A stretch of 63,685 nucleotides of DNA, counting the filler, from Craspedostauros australis (lineage: Eukaryota), in assembly GCA_030167865.1 (NCBI GenBank). It is 10 parts of 10 records of this genome, joined end to end, with 100 filler letters (N's around TTAATTAATTAA, not from the genome) between each part and the next. Parts side by side here need not be neighbours in the genome. Positions count along the whole stretch, not along the records: positions 1 to 1,309 come from JALAGF010002481.1; positions 1,410 to 2,814 come from JALAGF010002482.1; positions 2,915 to 18,259 come from JALAGF010002484.1; 7 more parts are not named here. One strand, given 5' to 3'. The position numbers and the translations under genes are program-made. The notes beneath the pieces were generated by a model. It saw only the letters and a program-made list of their open reading frames with translations. It made no database searches and had not been told where the DNA came from. Of the stretch, positions 1 to 10,045 are shown piece after piece; positions within the stretch are counted from its first letter, which is position 1; each line of letters starts with the position of its first letter.

Positions 1-8
1 TCCATCGG

Positions 9-180
9 TCCATAAAACTTAAAATACGGCCAACCTCGGAACTGGAATGGATTGGTATATGTTTTAGATCTATGAAGATTGCGACTATGTGCTTAGTTTG
101 AAAATCCCAGAAATTCGACTACACTCTTCATTTCAAATGATTGGTCGACTCACTGATGTTACTGTTATAACAGTAACATC
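9..180 (-). repeat. Degenerate copy of a dispersed repeat end (family B), inverted relative to 17917-18091
   Basis: Aligns by eye to the reverse complement of 17925-18091: exact tccataaaacttaaaat (9-25 vs 18075-18091), tatgtgcttagtttgaaaat and tcgactcact (145-154 vs 17947-17956), with near-equal spacing (146 vs 145 bp). Confidence 0.8.
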
Positions 181-268
181 AGTAGCAACAAGATCACAGA
201 CACCTGCGACCACCGAGCAACAGCATGCATGCATAAATAAATCTCAGCCTCTCTCAGACTTGCAAACC

Positions 269-1309
269 ATGATGGTGATGAACGCAACGACACTCTGCGA
301 TGACAGGAAGCACGATGATGGGACTTTTGCTTCCCGCACCGTCGACTGTGACAGCTCATTTGACTATTCTTCGTCAACTGACAGCAATGGACAGCCGAAT
401 GTGACAGGTCATCAGCTGCGCTGCTCGTCCACTCTCACTTCACCCAGCTCCTCCAAGGCGCCAGCATCCGCGGCACGCAACACGCCCAACACCTTCAACG
501 TCAGCAACGGGGCAAGCAGCCAACACAGGGGTGGGATGCACTCTCTCCAACTACCAACGGAAACATCGCCCTCCCACCGACACGGAATGCCGAACAGTAT
601 TCTGGAGGATGGACCGACGCTCGCAACAGAGACCAACCGCATGCGTACAGCCAGAAAGCTGGCGGAATTCTCCCAAAGCTCTCTCGACTTCTCGCGCATC
701 AGTCTCATCGGACGAGAAAAGGAGAAGCGCGTCCTTGACCGTCTATTCCAGCAGATCCTCAAGAAGCCAACGTCCGCAGCCTCACCACCATCTTCATCTT
801 CATCAGACGAAGAGAGGTCAACGGGTCCGAATGACGAGGAAAGCAACGCAATCTATGCGAGCAATGCGACCAACCCAGACAATCAAAACGCTCTCGGCCA
901 ACATGTGACAGCACAAGCTATCACCGTCCGATCCCTCGTGTCCATCTCCGGATACTCGGGCACTGGAAAATCGGCCCTGGCCAATACGCTGCAACCGAAG
1001 TGCAAGGCGAGCAACGTCTTCTTCGTGTCCGGAAAGTTCGATCTCAAGCAGATGGATGAGCCGTACTCCGGCTTCCGAACCGCGATAGCCGATCTCTGCT
1101 CACAGATCTGCGCTCTTCCGCGCACCAACTCCGCCGGCGTTATCGTCACCCCCGGCAACTGGCAGAGTGGAGGACAGGATACCCGAAGCTTCGATGTGAT
1201 CAGGCAGCGCATCACAGATGGTCTCAACGTCGACGAGCTGCAGGCACTCACCAAGATCATTCCCAACCTCGTCGACGTCGTCGGCAGTGATGCCCTATGC
1301 CACGCGCAC
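269..1309 (+). CDS. STAND-class P-loop ATPase (COG3899/AAA_16-like), 5' part only, cut by contig end
   Basis: LIGREKE, Walker A ISGYSGTGKS, FVSGKFD...EPYSGF and IIPNL motifs match the paralogs at 32202 and 39972. First in-frame ATG beyond the repeat is at 269. Confidence 0.8.
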
Positions 1310-1409
1310 NNNNNNNNNNNNNNNNNNNNNNNNNNNNNNNNNNNNNNNNNNNNTTAATTAATTAANNNNNNNNNNNNNNNNNNNNNNNNNNNNNNNNNNN
1401 NNNNNNNNN
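1310..1409. other. Artificial contig linker; also at 2815-2914, 18260-18359, 41674-41773, 57530-57629, 58861-58960, 60040-60139, 61394-61493, 62535-62634
   Basis: Identical 44N-TTAATTAATTAA-44N spacer carrying stops in all six frames. Confidence 0.98.
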
Positions 1410-2814
1410 TCGTTCGTTCGCCTTCTTTCGTAGATTTGACATTGAAATGCTGGTATGCACTCCATTTGCAACTCCCCATCTCTTGTGATTTGCTGTGGGA
1501 GGCACGCAGGCAAAAAAGTGACACTGCATGCACATCCATTTCGTTACAACCCCACATACGACGCAGGGTTTCTTCACGTTTTCACAAAAGATGGGCTCAT
1601 GGCTGCCCGTGCGGAGACGTTGTTCGAGCGCAGCCATGGCGGGTGTTGGGGCAGCTGGATTCCCAGACAGCAGGTTCCGGATGCTCTTTCCGTCCCTCTC
1701 CTCAGTTTCAACAGTTGGTCTACCATCGTAGATTTGATTGTCTGTATCCGAATCTGTGTCTGCTGTCTTGTCGATTGCTCCCTGAATAACCCAGTTTGCG
1801 CGTTCGTCGTCATCACCTGCTTCTCTGTTGCTCCCAGCGGCTTGGGCGACGATGACTCCGAATGCCCCTCGCAATGTTTCCAACGAAACCGAAACACTGC
1901 TGCGATGATTCAGCATGTTACGGTAAGTCTGCAGCACCGTTGCGTTGTCCAGGTCTCTATTCGTGTGAACATCGTCTGTGCAACAGTAGTGCATTAGCTT
2001 GTGCAGAAAGAGGAGGATGACTTCCACAATCCGTACCACAGCTTGGCATTGGAAGGTTGCGAATGGCGGCTGCACCTTGTGCTGCCTCATCATCCTGGTC
2101 ATCAAATCAGAGCCGCCCTTGAATGAATTCCAACGGGCTACAAACGATGGAACCAAGGTGTGGACCTTCGGCACCGGCATTGGTAGTTCCTGGCATGCCT
2201 TCCATATCATCAATTGGTGGAATACATCCTCTTCTGTCAATGCCGCAATGTGTCGCCCCCCGGTTGAGCCCATGTGGGGGTTGCGTTTCGAATTCAGATA
2301 CTTTCGCAGCGTCTTGCCTGACGCTGCCTCACGGGACGCGGCAGTGGAGTGCGCGTATGCAAACTCCAACTTCAGCTTGTACAGATTTTGTAGCACGATT
2401 CCGTAGGATTGAAGTACATTGGGTTGGAAGTGTGTGGACATTGATCTTATGGTGTTAGCAGTTGCATCACCTGGTGGTAGGAGGAGGTTGGTTCGAGAGC
2501 ATCAGTGGAGAAAAGCAAGAACAGTTGGAGTGAGCACCGTGTATCGACTTTCGAAATTCATGGCAGGAGCTCCATCCATTTCATACAAGGACGTACCAAT
2601 TACAACCATTGCACCTGTCACCCCAAAGACGAAGGCATGATGAAGCAGTTGAATCATCTCTGATTTCTTTTCGAACAATGCCCTCCATTTGTCGTCTTGG
2701 AGATCCACGAACACATGACTCTTTCCCTCCGTCCCATGCTCCCAATCGGCCTTCCGCTGGTGCCGTCTTTCGAGGTCTTCTGTGTCTGTCGTTGCCCGAG
2801 TCTTGATCTCCACA
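1410..2814 (-). mobile_element. Partial piggyBac-like transposase with a YqaJ-like PD-(D/E)XK segment; complement join(<1410..2470,2597..>2814)
   Basis: ORFs 2502-2813 and 1362-2441 are in the same frame. A 126-nt intron (2596-2471; donor GTACGT, acceptor ctaccaccAG) removes the single stop. Motifs: VEIKTR...QLLHHAFVFG..AMVVIGD; WNSFKGGSDLMTRM; HEP...KKPCVVC...TKWMCMQCHFFAC. Confidence 0.65.
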
Positions 2815-2914
2815 NNNNNNNNNNNNNNNNNNNNNNNNNNNNNNNNNNNNNNNNNNNNTTAATTAATTAANNNNNNNNNNNNNNNNNNNNNNNNNNNNNN
2901 NNNNNNNNNNNNNN

Positions 2915-3246
2915 CGAAGTGCTCTGTGGAGCAATGATCTCTGTGGAGAGTGTTGGGGTTGTGAGTTTTGTGTGCTCTGCGCTGGCCCAAGACAGCAGCC
3001 TTGTTTTGCGCGGACCGGAGACGAAAACACGCTCAGCAAACACCGACACAGTGTAAAGTGGGGAAATGGAGCAATGACGAAGAGCGAAAGCAACTCGGGC
3101 GAATTTTGGGGGGAAAGCACCAATTATCCAAAAANNAACNAAAATGCCATATTATTCCGTCGAGGATAAGAACTAGGCGGAAACAAGCGATTTATGACTT
3201 AAACGCTATGAAATAGAGCCAATTATTGCATTTTGAACTGCCCCCC
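2915..3246 (-). mobile_element. DNA transposon terminus (family A), copy 1, 332 bp
   Basis: Same sequence as 18360-18691 and 41774-42105. Identity stops sharply after ttgcattttgaactgcccccc; the flank starts CAG. Confidence 0.8.
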
Positions 3247-4259
3247 CAGGGAGTCGGCAACACAAGATCTGGCAAAGCCACAGATTATTGAGATTTGTGT
3301 AGCTCGTGCATGCGCGCACAGAGTATGCACGGAGTTTGTTCTGGCAATTCGCTGACACAAAAAAGCGACGATCGTTTCCTACAGTCCCCATCATACTCAA
3401 TGAGCCTCAAGACTACCCCAAGAATGGCGCGGCAGGGCATCTCCGTCGGTGCGCTTTGATACCCTTCTCCAGAAATCGCATCTTCGACACGGCCAGCGCA
3501 ATCCTACAGACCGACCAATACTGATGACATTCCTCGCGCCCAACCCCATCGCAATACCCGAACAGCGCAGCGCAACTAAAGGCAATGCGATGCAATGCAT
3601 CATTGGGTATGAGACGACCGCCAAATTACAAAAAGAGCCACACGAACGGAGGCCGACAACATCAACATCAACATCACCACTGCTGCTCCTCCTCCTCCTT
3701 TCATCGTCGTCTTCATCGACAATGACAACGGCAATAACAACAGCAACAGCAATAGCAGCAACACATCTCTCCTTCCTCGACTCATTCATTCATTCCTGCA
3801 TTCATTCTTTCATCATAAAATTTCAAGCGGTCCAGTCTCGTTCTCATTTTCAAAAAGGCCAAAAGCAAACCCACGAAGCACACAACCCAGCAACAGCAAT
3901 CCAAGCACAAGGCACAAGCGCAATCTCCCCCAGTATAACACGATACGATTGCACCCACCAGAACAAAGTCACGCAGCCGCAATAAGACCACAACAAAGCA
4001 AAGCGCAAGCGCAAACACAAACGCAGTCCAAAGTGAAGCCATTTCAACCTCGTTCAATTGCATTCATTTTCGGCAACACCCAACCCAAACCAATCCGGCC
4101 TCCTCCATCATTCAAACTCTGATCACAAAACCAGGTTGGACCCACCCAGTCATCCCATCAATTGAGCGTTCCTTCAATCGTCATTGTTCCTTTCAACTGC
4201 TATCCATCCAATCATTCGATCATTCCATCATTCAATAGCAATCTCTTCGCTCATTCAAG

Positions 4260-5390
4260 ATGACAGCCAACAATACCTCAGGAGCTTCTCAGATGCAAGA
4301 CCCCAACATCATCTCCGCAGCCGAGGTCGGTCAGCATGACATTATGCTTGGCCGCGGCACCGGTCCCAACGAAAATCCAGGTAACCGATTCTTCCGCGAT
4401 ATCGTCACCAGCAACTGCGCCGAGCACGCGAAGGCCACTGCCAGGAAGGAGAAGGAGGTGGTCATCCAGCGCATCATCCACGCCATCGAACGCCGGGGAG
4501 GACGATACATCAGGGAGCTGACCAAGCCAGCGTCGGTGCCCAACTCGAACCTCGACAACAAGCAGTACCTAGTCGTCAAGGACGAAAAGGCCATCCGCAC
4601 GAAGGTGCTGCTGGCAGTGAGGTACGCGAAGACCGCCAAGATCACCTCGAAGGATGGCGAAGCAAGCTGCAACGCCCAAGGTCCAAACAAGAACTTCCAG
4701 GAGAGCGGCAGCGCTGCCCGAAGAATTGGCCGCGATGGCAGCCATTTCAAGAAAGCAGTCCGTTCCACAAACAACAAGAAGAAGAGCGCCATCAAGAAGA
4801 ACAGCAGCGGCCGTCGCCCAATGCTGGATCTCACCAATGCTGCGCCGCCCCAACAGCGCAACCCGCACGTTGCGAGCAAGGCAGCAGCGAGACCGACGAA
4901 GGTGATGCTACCGAGGAGCAACTTTCCCTTGCCTTCGTCGGCGTCTACTTGCTTCACTCCCGTATCCAAGAACCGTCCTCAACCACGCCTGGATGCAGAC
5001 TCGGTCAGCGCAACCACGCCAATGACAATCCCAGCACCAACATCCGCAAGACTAAGCTCGCTGGACGTTCTCGCGGCTGCAAGTGCCGCCATGGCATCAC
5101 AAGAGCGCCTCCACGCACAGAGCCCATCGGACGTCACGCGGATCGACCGCATCCAGCAAGCAGAAGCCCGGGATGGCTACATGCGCAAATCCGATCGGCA
5201 GCAGAGAACCGAAATGGGCGGCTCGCTCACACAGGATCGGTTCTATCGCTGGGAATCTCCAACGATTTCCAAATTCCAACAAGCGCCAATGTACCATCAT
5301 TCGTTTGTCCCTGCCAAGCACAGCACCTTCGAGACGAGATTCCCGCAGGCAGCGACAATGCAACGCTTCCACGGAGTCAACTGGGAGTAG
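4260..5390 (+). CDS. DUF6824-type domain protein (putative diatom transcription regulator)
   Basis: HDIMLGRGTGPNENPGNRFFRDIV...IIHAIERRGGRYI resembles the diatom-expanded DVLxGRG-x-GNxxFR domain; low-complexity C-terminus. Confidence 0.7.
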   Translation: MTANNTSGASQMQDPNIISAAEVGQHDIMLGRGTGPNENPGNRFFRDIVTSNCAEHAKATARKEKEVVIQRIIHAIERRGGRYIRELTKPASVPNSNLDNKQYLVVKDEKAIRTKVLLAVRYAKTAKITSKDGEASCNAQGPNKNFQESGSAARRIGRDGSHFKKAVRSTNNKKKSAIKKNSSGRRPMLDLTNAAPPQQRNPHVASKAAARPTKVMLPRSNFPLPSSASTCFTPVSKNRPQPRLDADSVSATTPMTIPAPTSARLSSLDVLAAASAAMASQERLHAQSPSDVTRIDRIQQAEARDGYMRKSDRQQRTEMGGSLTQDRFYRWESPTISKFQQAPMYHHSFVPAKHSTFETRFPQAATMQRFHGVNWE

Positions 5391-5992
5391 ATTGCACGGA
5401 ATGCGCATCGAGGGCGATGTGCTGAAAGCAGGGGATCAGTCCTGACCACTCGGATACTCTCGCACTACGCTTTATCCTACTGGTAGGAGTACGCCCGCAC
5501 AATTCTCTGATACAATACTCGACTCTTTTCCACATGATACATTGGGCGACTCAGTGATACCATACACACGAAATTCGCTCCGGGTGCAGATCCCATGGGG
5601 GGAAACTCGCCCGGACACATACCGACAAACTCATACACATGCATTTGCATGCACATCTCCATCTACATGTTCACACAACACATGATCCTTTTCAATTGGA
5701 TGATCCAAATCAAGCAATCAACATCAAATTCAATCCATTCAATCAATCCTACATGTAATTTTAGAAGTTCTCATCGAATTCGATGCTCAAATATTGTTCA
5801 AACAAGTGCAATACTTCGTCTTCAACCATCATCTACTTGGCCTGCCTGTACTCATCCGCTCACAGTACGGTTGGCACGATTGGATTAGAGAAGAATGCTA
5901 CGCTGTCTCTCTGCCTTGGTCTCTCGTCAGAGAAGGCAGCACAGCGCTCTTCCCTGTCACTGTACCATTCTGTCGATCGAGTCACAACCACA

Positions 5993-7702
5993 TCATGATA
6001 CTTTTTGTTTTGCCGCCGCTTGCTTGGTGAAGAGATGCCACAGCGTGCAGAGCCATGCCACCAGAAACAACCCGCATCCCGCAATGCTCCAAAGAACGGG
6101 ATACAAATCCGGCAATCCCTGCGGTGCTTCCACGCAAAGTTGCATCGCGTGCAAACCCAGCATTCCGATGTACGCAAGTATCGGAATCGACCGAAAGAAC
6201 GACGAGAAGAAGGATCGCTGCATCTCGCTCGCCGCGCCGTCCTGCTGCTGATGGTACATCCACACAACGCAAATGTAAATAAGGACGGTGCAAACGTACG
6301 CGACTTCCAACCGATCCACCTGAAGCAACGGCCACAGGGACCATGCGCAGGCGACGGAGAGGAACTGCACAAAAGAGGCATCCAGATCCATCAGTAATGA
6401 TGCCGGCGCCAACGCCATCAGGATGCTCTTCTCGTGAACCTGAAAGCTGGCCAGGAAGAATGCCAAGGAACAGGACGTTGCGCCCCACAGCAACGACGTG
6501 GCGTCCTTGCGCTGGCGTTGAAGATCGCTTGTCGTTTTGGCCGCACCCATCCGAAAAAGCGCAACGCAGCTCGGGAGCATGAGCACCGTCGTCAACCCCA
6601 ACGCAAGCAGAGGCTGCATTTCCGCTGCAATGCGCTCGCGGATGGAAAATGGCTTGGTGGACAGCGCGCACCACAGATTGGCGACCTTGGATTCGAACAG
6701 TCCGCGTTGGAAGGGGAATATTCTGGTTAGGATCTGTACCGCCCGTTCCGGCACCGATGTCTGCACATGCGACGGCCCGTTGATCAAGAACGGCAACCAC
6801 ATGACAAGGAACGTGGTTATGACTGTGATCCCCAGCGACGCAAAACGCACGGTGAATCTGGTGGTGTCAGCAAAGCACCGTCCGAGCAGGTACGCAAAGA
6901 CTACAGGCGCGTAGTACAACGTCATTTGCTTGAAGTTGAGCGCGAGGCAGAAGAAGAAGGCTCCCACAACGCACTGTCGGAAATTTCCCTTGGTCATGAA
7001 ATGGAAGGCCATGAGCGACCATCCCAACGCCACAGTGTTGTACTGGAAGTGACCATGATCGATGAGCACGATCGCCGGTTGCACGAGCGCCAGCAACAGC
7101 AGCCACATCGAGGTGGATGTCAATCGCGTCTGCCACCGCTCTTGATTTTCCTTCTGCTGCTGCTGTGCATGGTGCCGTGGATGGTGCTTTTGATGCTGCT
7201 GCTCTCCGTATTCTCCCCGATATCCGTGCCGATGCCGATCCAGCGATATCCAAAGAGCGTAGCCATAAATGATGAGATCCAGGACCAGCACCGTGGCTCT
7301 CATGTACGCTTTGTGTTTGCGATCTTCAATACCTCGCGACGTTTCCAACGCCACAGTCTCCGGACCGACCAAGTGATGCGATCCCAGGCCGCAAAGGTAG
7401 GAGATGTAGGCCGTGATGGGCGGATAATCCAGCCCCCAGTACTCCAGGTCGTAGTAGTACCAATCACCGATGGGCAGGTGCAGCGTCAGCTCCATCCAAT
7501 GCCGCTGCGCTTCAAAGTCGCCACCGTACGCCGCCCTGGCACCGTGGTGGTCATCCTGACCGGAATGTGGCTGCAACCCCACAAGCGCTCGCAGGCACAC
7601 CGCCATGCTGAACACCAGCCACGGAATTCCTCGATGGGCGTCATGCTCTGCCATCGTTGGCGGTCTTGATTCTGGTGTGGGCGCCATCGTGCTGTCAGTC
7701 AT
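5993..7702 (-). CDS. ALG6: Dolichyl-PP-Man9GlcNAc2 alpha-1,3-glucosyltransferase
   Basis: YGGDFEAQRHWME, YWGLDYPP, IDHGHFQYN, LNFKQM, RIFPFQRGLFE.KVAN.WC, FQVHEKSIL. Start placed at the ATG just after a (GA)n tract; the ORF extension to 7975 looks like UTR. Confidence 0.92.
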   Translation of the reverse strand: MTDSTMAPTPESRPPTMAEHDAHRGIPWLVFSMAVCLRALVGLQPHSGQDDHHGARAAYGGDFEAQRHWMELTLHLPIGDWYYYDLEYWGLDYPPITAYISYLCGLGSHHLVGPETVALETSRGIEDRKHKAYMRATVLVLDLIIYGYALWISLDRHRHGYRGEYGEQQHQKHHPRHHAQQQQKENQERWQTRLTSTSMWLLLLALVQPAIVLIDHGHFQYNTVALGWSLMAFHFMTKGNFRQCVVGAFFFCLALNFKQMTLYYAPVVFAYLLGRCFADTTRFTVRFASLGITVITTFLVMWLPFLINGPSHVQTSVPERAVQILTRIFPFQRGLFESKVANLWCALSTKPFSIRERIAAEMQPLLALGLTTVLMLPSCVALFRMGAAKTTSDLQRQRKDATSLLWGATSCSLAFFLASFQVHEKSILMALAPASLLMDLDASFVQFLSVACAWSLWPLLQVDRLEVAYVCTVLIYICVVWMYHQQQDGAASEMQRSFFSSFFRSIPILAYIGMLGLHAMQLCVEAPQGLPDLYPVLWSIAGCGLFLVAWLCTLWHLFTKQAAAKQKVS

Positions 7703-8305
7703 CTCTCTCTCTCTCTCTCTGTCTCTTCCGCTCTGTCTGTAAGGAATGACGTTGTTTCTCCAATCTATCTCACGCTGGTAGAGCATGAGCTTTGGATGCA
7801 GCCGTGAAGTATGTACATGCATTCGGCGGTCCCGTTCATGGTCGTCATTGTGGAACTTGTCGTCAACGATTGTTGTCGTCGTGGGGGTCATTTTCCTTTT
7901 CTCATGTTTTCGCTTTTGGCTTTTCTCGTTCGTGTCTTGTTGTGATGGGAACGGAATTTGGAATTCTTCTTTCACACATCGCAGACTTCATTGAAAACGA
8001 GGTAAAAAGCCCAATCACGTCGTACGACCCACTCGACCAAACACAATCTCAACCACCACCGAAAATGGGCACGATCGCGGAAAACGCTAAAAAAACGGTG
8101 CTTTGCTGTTGGTGGGTGACATCAACACAGCAACCAAGCGCACAGCCATGTCCTCGTGCTCTTCCAACACCCATCCATCATCCATCAATTGATCCATTGA
8201 TCCATTCATCACATCCTCGCTGTACCATACGCGCACGCATTGCATGCTCTATCTCCAAGCCAGAGTTCTCCGCTATAAACATATTCTCAACATCAAGCGA
8301 ACATC

Positions 8306-9724
8306 ATGGCCCGAGCACCGACCAGACACGGTCTGGAGCGCAAGTTCAAACCGTGGCGGAAGGGCAAGTCGGAGCACTCCAACAAACGGTCCTCGCTGAA
8401 GCAGCAGCTGCGGGGACACGAGCGGTTGCTCAAGAAGCTGGAGGACAATGAAGAGAACAGGGAACGTCGCGAGGACCTCCAGCAAAAGATTCAGGATCTC
8501 AATGACGAGATCAACCAGAAGCAGCGGAACACCCAGGAGCGCAAGCTGGCGCAGGCATCGCACGGACGTCGCTTCCTGGAGCGGCAGAAGCTGACCAAGA
8601 TGGAGAAGAGGTTGGCCAACTCGGAGGAGAGCAGCGAGGAGCTGTACAAGATTGCGCTGGATCAGGCCTACGTCGCGCATCATCCGAACGATGTCAAGTA
8701 CATGCCGCTGTTCGCGCAGGGCAAGCGCTTGGTCGACCAGAGCCGGAAGCTCTACAAACGGGCGATCACGCGCAAGCGGGTCTTGAGGGATGTTGCCAAC
8801 GGCAGGGTCAATCGCGTCGGCTGGATCTCGTCGGCTCAGTACAAGCGATTGCCCGCAGAGTGGTCCATCCAGGATGAGGAAAAGACCTTCGGCGGTTCCG
8901 TCAACCGGACGGCACGTGCAGCAACCACCGCCGATGAAAAGAAGGCCATGAAGACTGCCCCAGATTCCCGTTTTGCGCCATCCAATCACCATGATGCTGT
9001 TCTGCAGGCGGCGGTTCAGGTGGAGGCTGCATTGGACAAAGAAGAGGCCGAGGCAGATGATAAAGACGGCGGTGACGACGACAGCAGCAGCAGCAGCAGT
9101 GATAGTAGTAGCAGTGGTGATGGCGATGACAGCGATAGCAGCGAGAACAACGGAACTGAGACCAAAACGAAGACAGATACCAAAGCAAAGAACAAAGAGA
9201 GTACCGTTATGGCAACCAAGAAGAAGTCGACCAATCCAACGGCGAAAGCAGATAGCGGTGACAACGATGATTCGTCGTCGTCGTCGTCATCATCTTCGAG
9301 TTCGAGTTCGGATGACGATGACACTTCGGATAGCTCCAGTGACGAAGATGATGCCGATCCTGAGAAGAGAAGCGCGCCAGTGAAAACGCTGAAAAGGGAG
9401 GATGCTGATGTCAGTAGCAACAGCAGCAGCTCCGACAGCAGTGATAGTTCTGACAGCAGCGACAATTCGGACAGCAGCGATGATGAAGATGGAGATGATG
9501 CCAAACAGGCCAATGGAAAGGATGACAAGAAGGTTGAAAACGACGACAGTGGCGACGAAGAAGTGGACGACTTCTTGATGGATGCCGAAGCGGATCCAAA
9601 CGTCTTTGATAAGACCAAGGAACAGGCTCCGGCTTGGAATCCAGGACGTGGAGACAAGAGCAGAGGTTGGGAGTCGCAGCGGCAGCGACCAGGGCAGTAC
9701 AAGAAGCGCAGGATACGCTCGTGA
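8306..9724 (+). CDS. EFG1: rRNA-processing protein EFG1-like with long Ser/Asp-rich tail
   Basis: LKQQLRGHERLL, RRFLERQKLTK and YVAHHPNDVKYMPLF fit the Efg1 pattern. Confidence 0.72.
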   Translation: MARAPTRHGLERKFKPWRKGKSEHSNKRSSLKQQLRGHERLLKKLEDNEENRERREDLQQKIQDLNDEINQKQRNTQERKLAQASHGRRFLERQKLTKMEKRLANSEESSEELYKIALDQAYVAHHPNDVKYMPLFAQGKRLVDQSRKLYKRAITRKRVLRDVANGRVNRVGWISSAQYKRLPAEWSIQDEEKTFGGSVNRTARAATTADEKKAMKTAPDSRFAPSNHHDAVLQAAVQVEAALDKEEAEADDKDGGDDDSSSSSSDSSSSGDGDDSDSSENNGTETKTKTDTKAKNKESTVMATKKKSTNPTAKADSGDNDDSSSSSSSSSSSSSDDDDTSDSSSDEDDADPEKRSAPVKTLKREDADVSSNSSSSDSSDSSDSSDNSDSSDDEDGDDAKQANGKDDKKVENDDSGDEEVDDFLMDAEADPNVFDKTKEQAPAWNPGRGDKSRGWESQRQRPGQYKKRRIRS

Positions 9725-10045
9725 TGGATCGATGGGCATATGGAATAGAAATGGAATAGAGCAAGACAGTTCTCTATGTACGTGCAAAACGACATGCAAG
9801 GATTATACGTACGAAAAGGACTCATTGGATGGGTCAAACATCACAAGCCACCGACTCATTGAAAAAGCACAATACACCAGAGTAGAGGATCTCTCTCTCT
9901 CTCTTCTATCAAATTGATCGCCTTACTCTACAATCATCCAACCATCTCGTTGCTTAGTATTAGTCCAACACTTCTACCTGTGCTGTCCATGCCATGACAC
10001 AAGAGGCTACTCATAGAATAGCATTTTGTGCCAAGGCCTCGCCTC

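Noticed and set aside
1354..1365. Recurring TTAATTAATTAA as a piggyBac TTAA target or biological repeat
   Set aside because: Always centred in identical N padding; a synthetic linker.
2863..3216. Short ORFs repeated three times (MVLSPQNS..., MCALRWPK...)
   Set aside because: They lie in the transposon end, run into Ns and show no protein motifs.
3449..3985. 178-aa ORF upstream of the DUF6824-type gene
   Set aside because: Low-complexity, microsatellite-rich sequence typical of promoter/UTR here.
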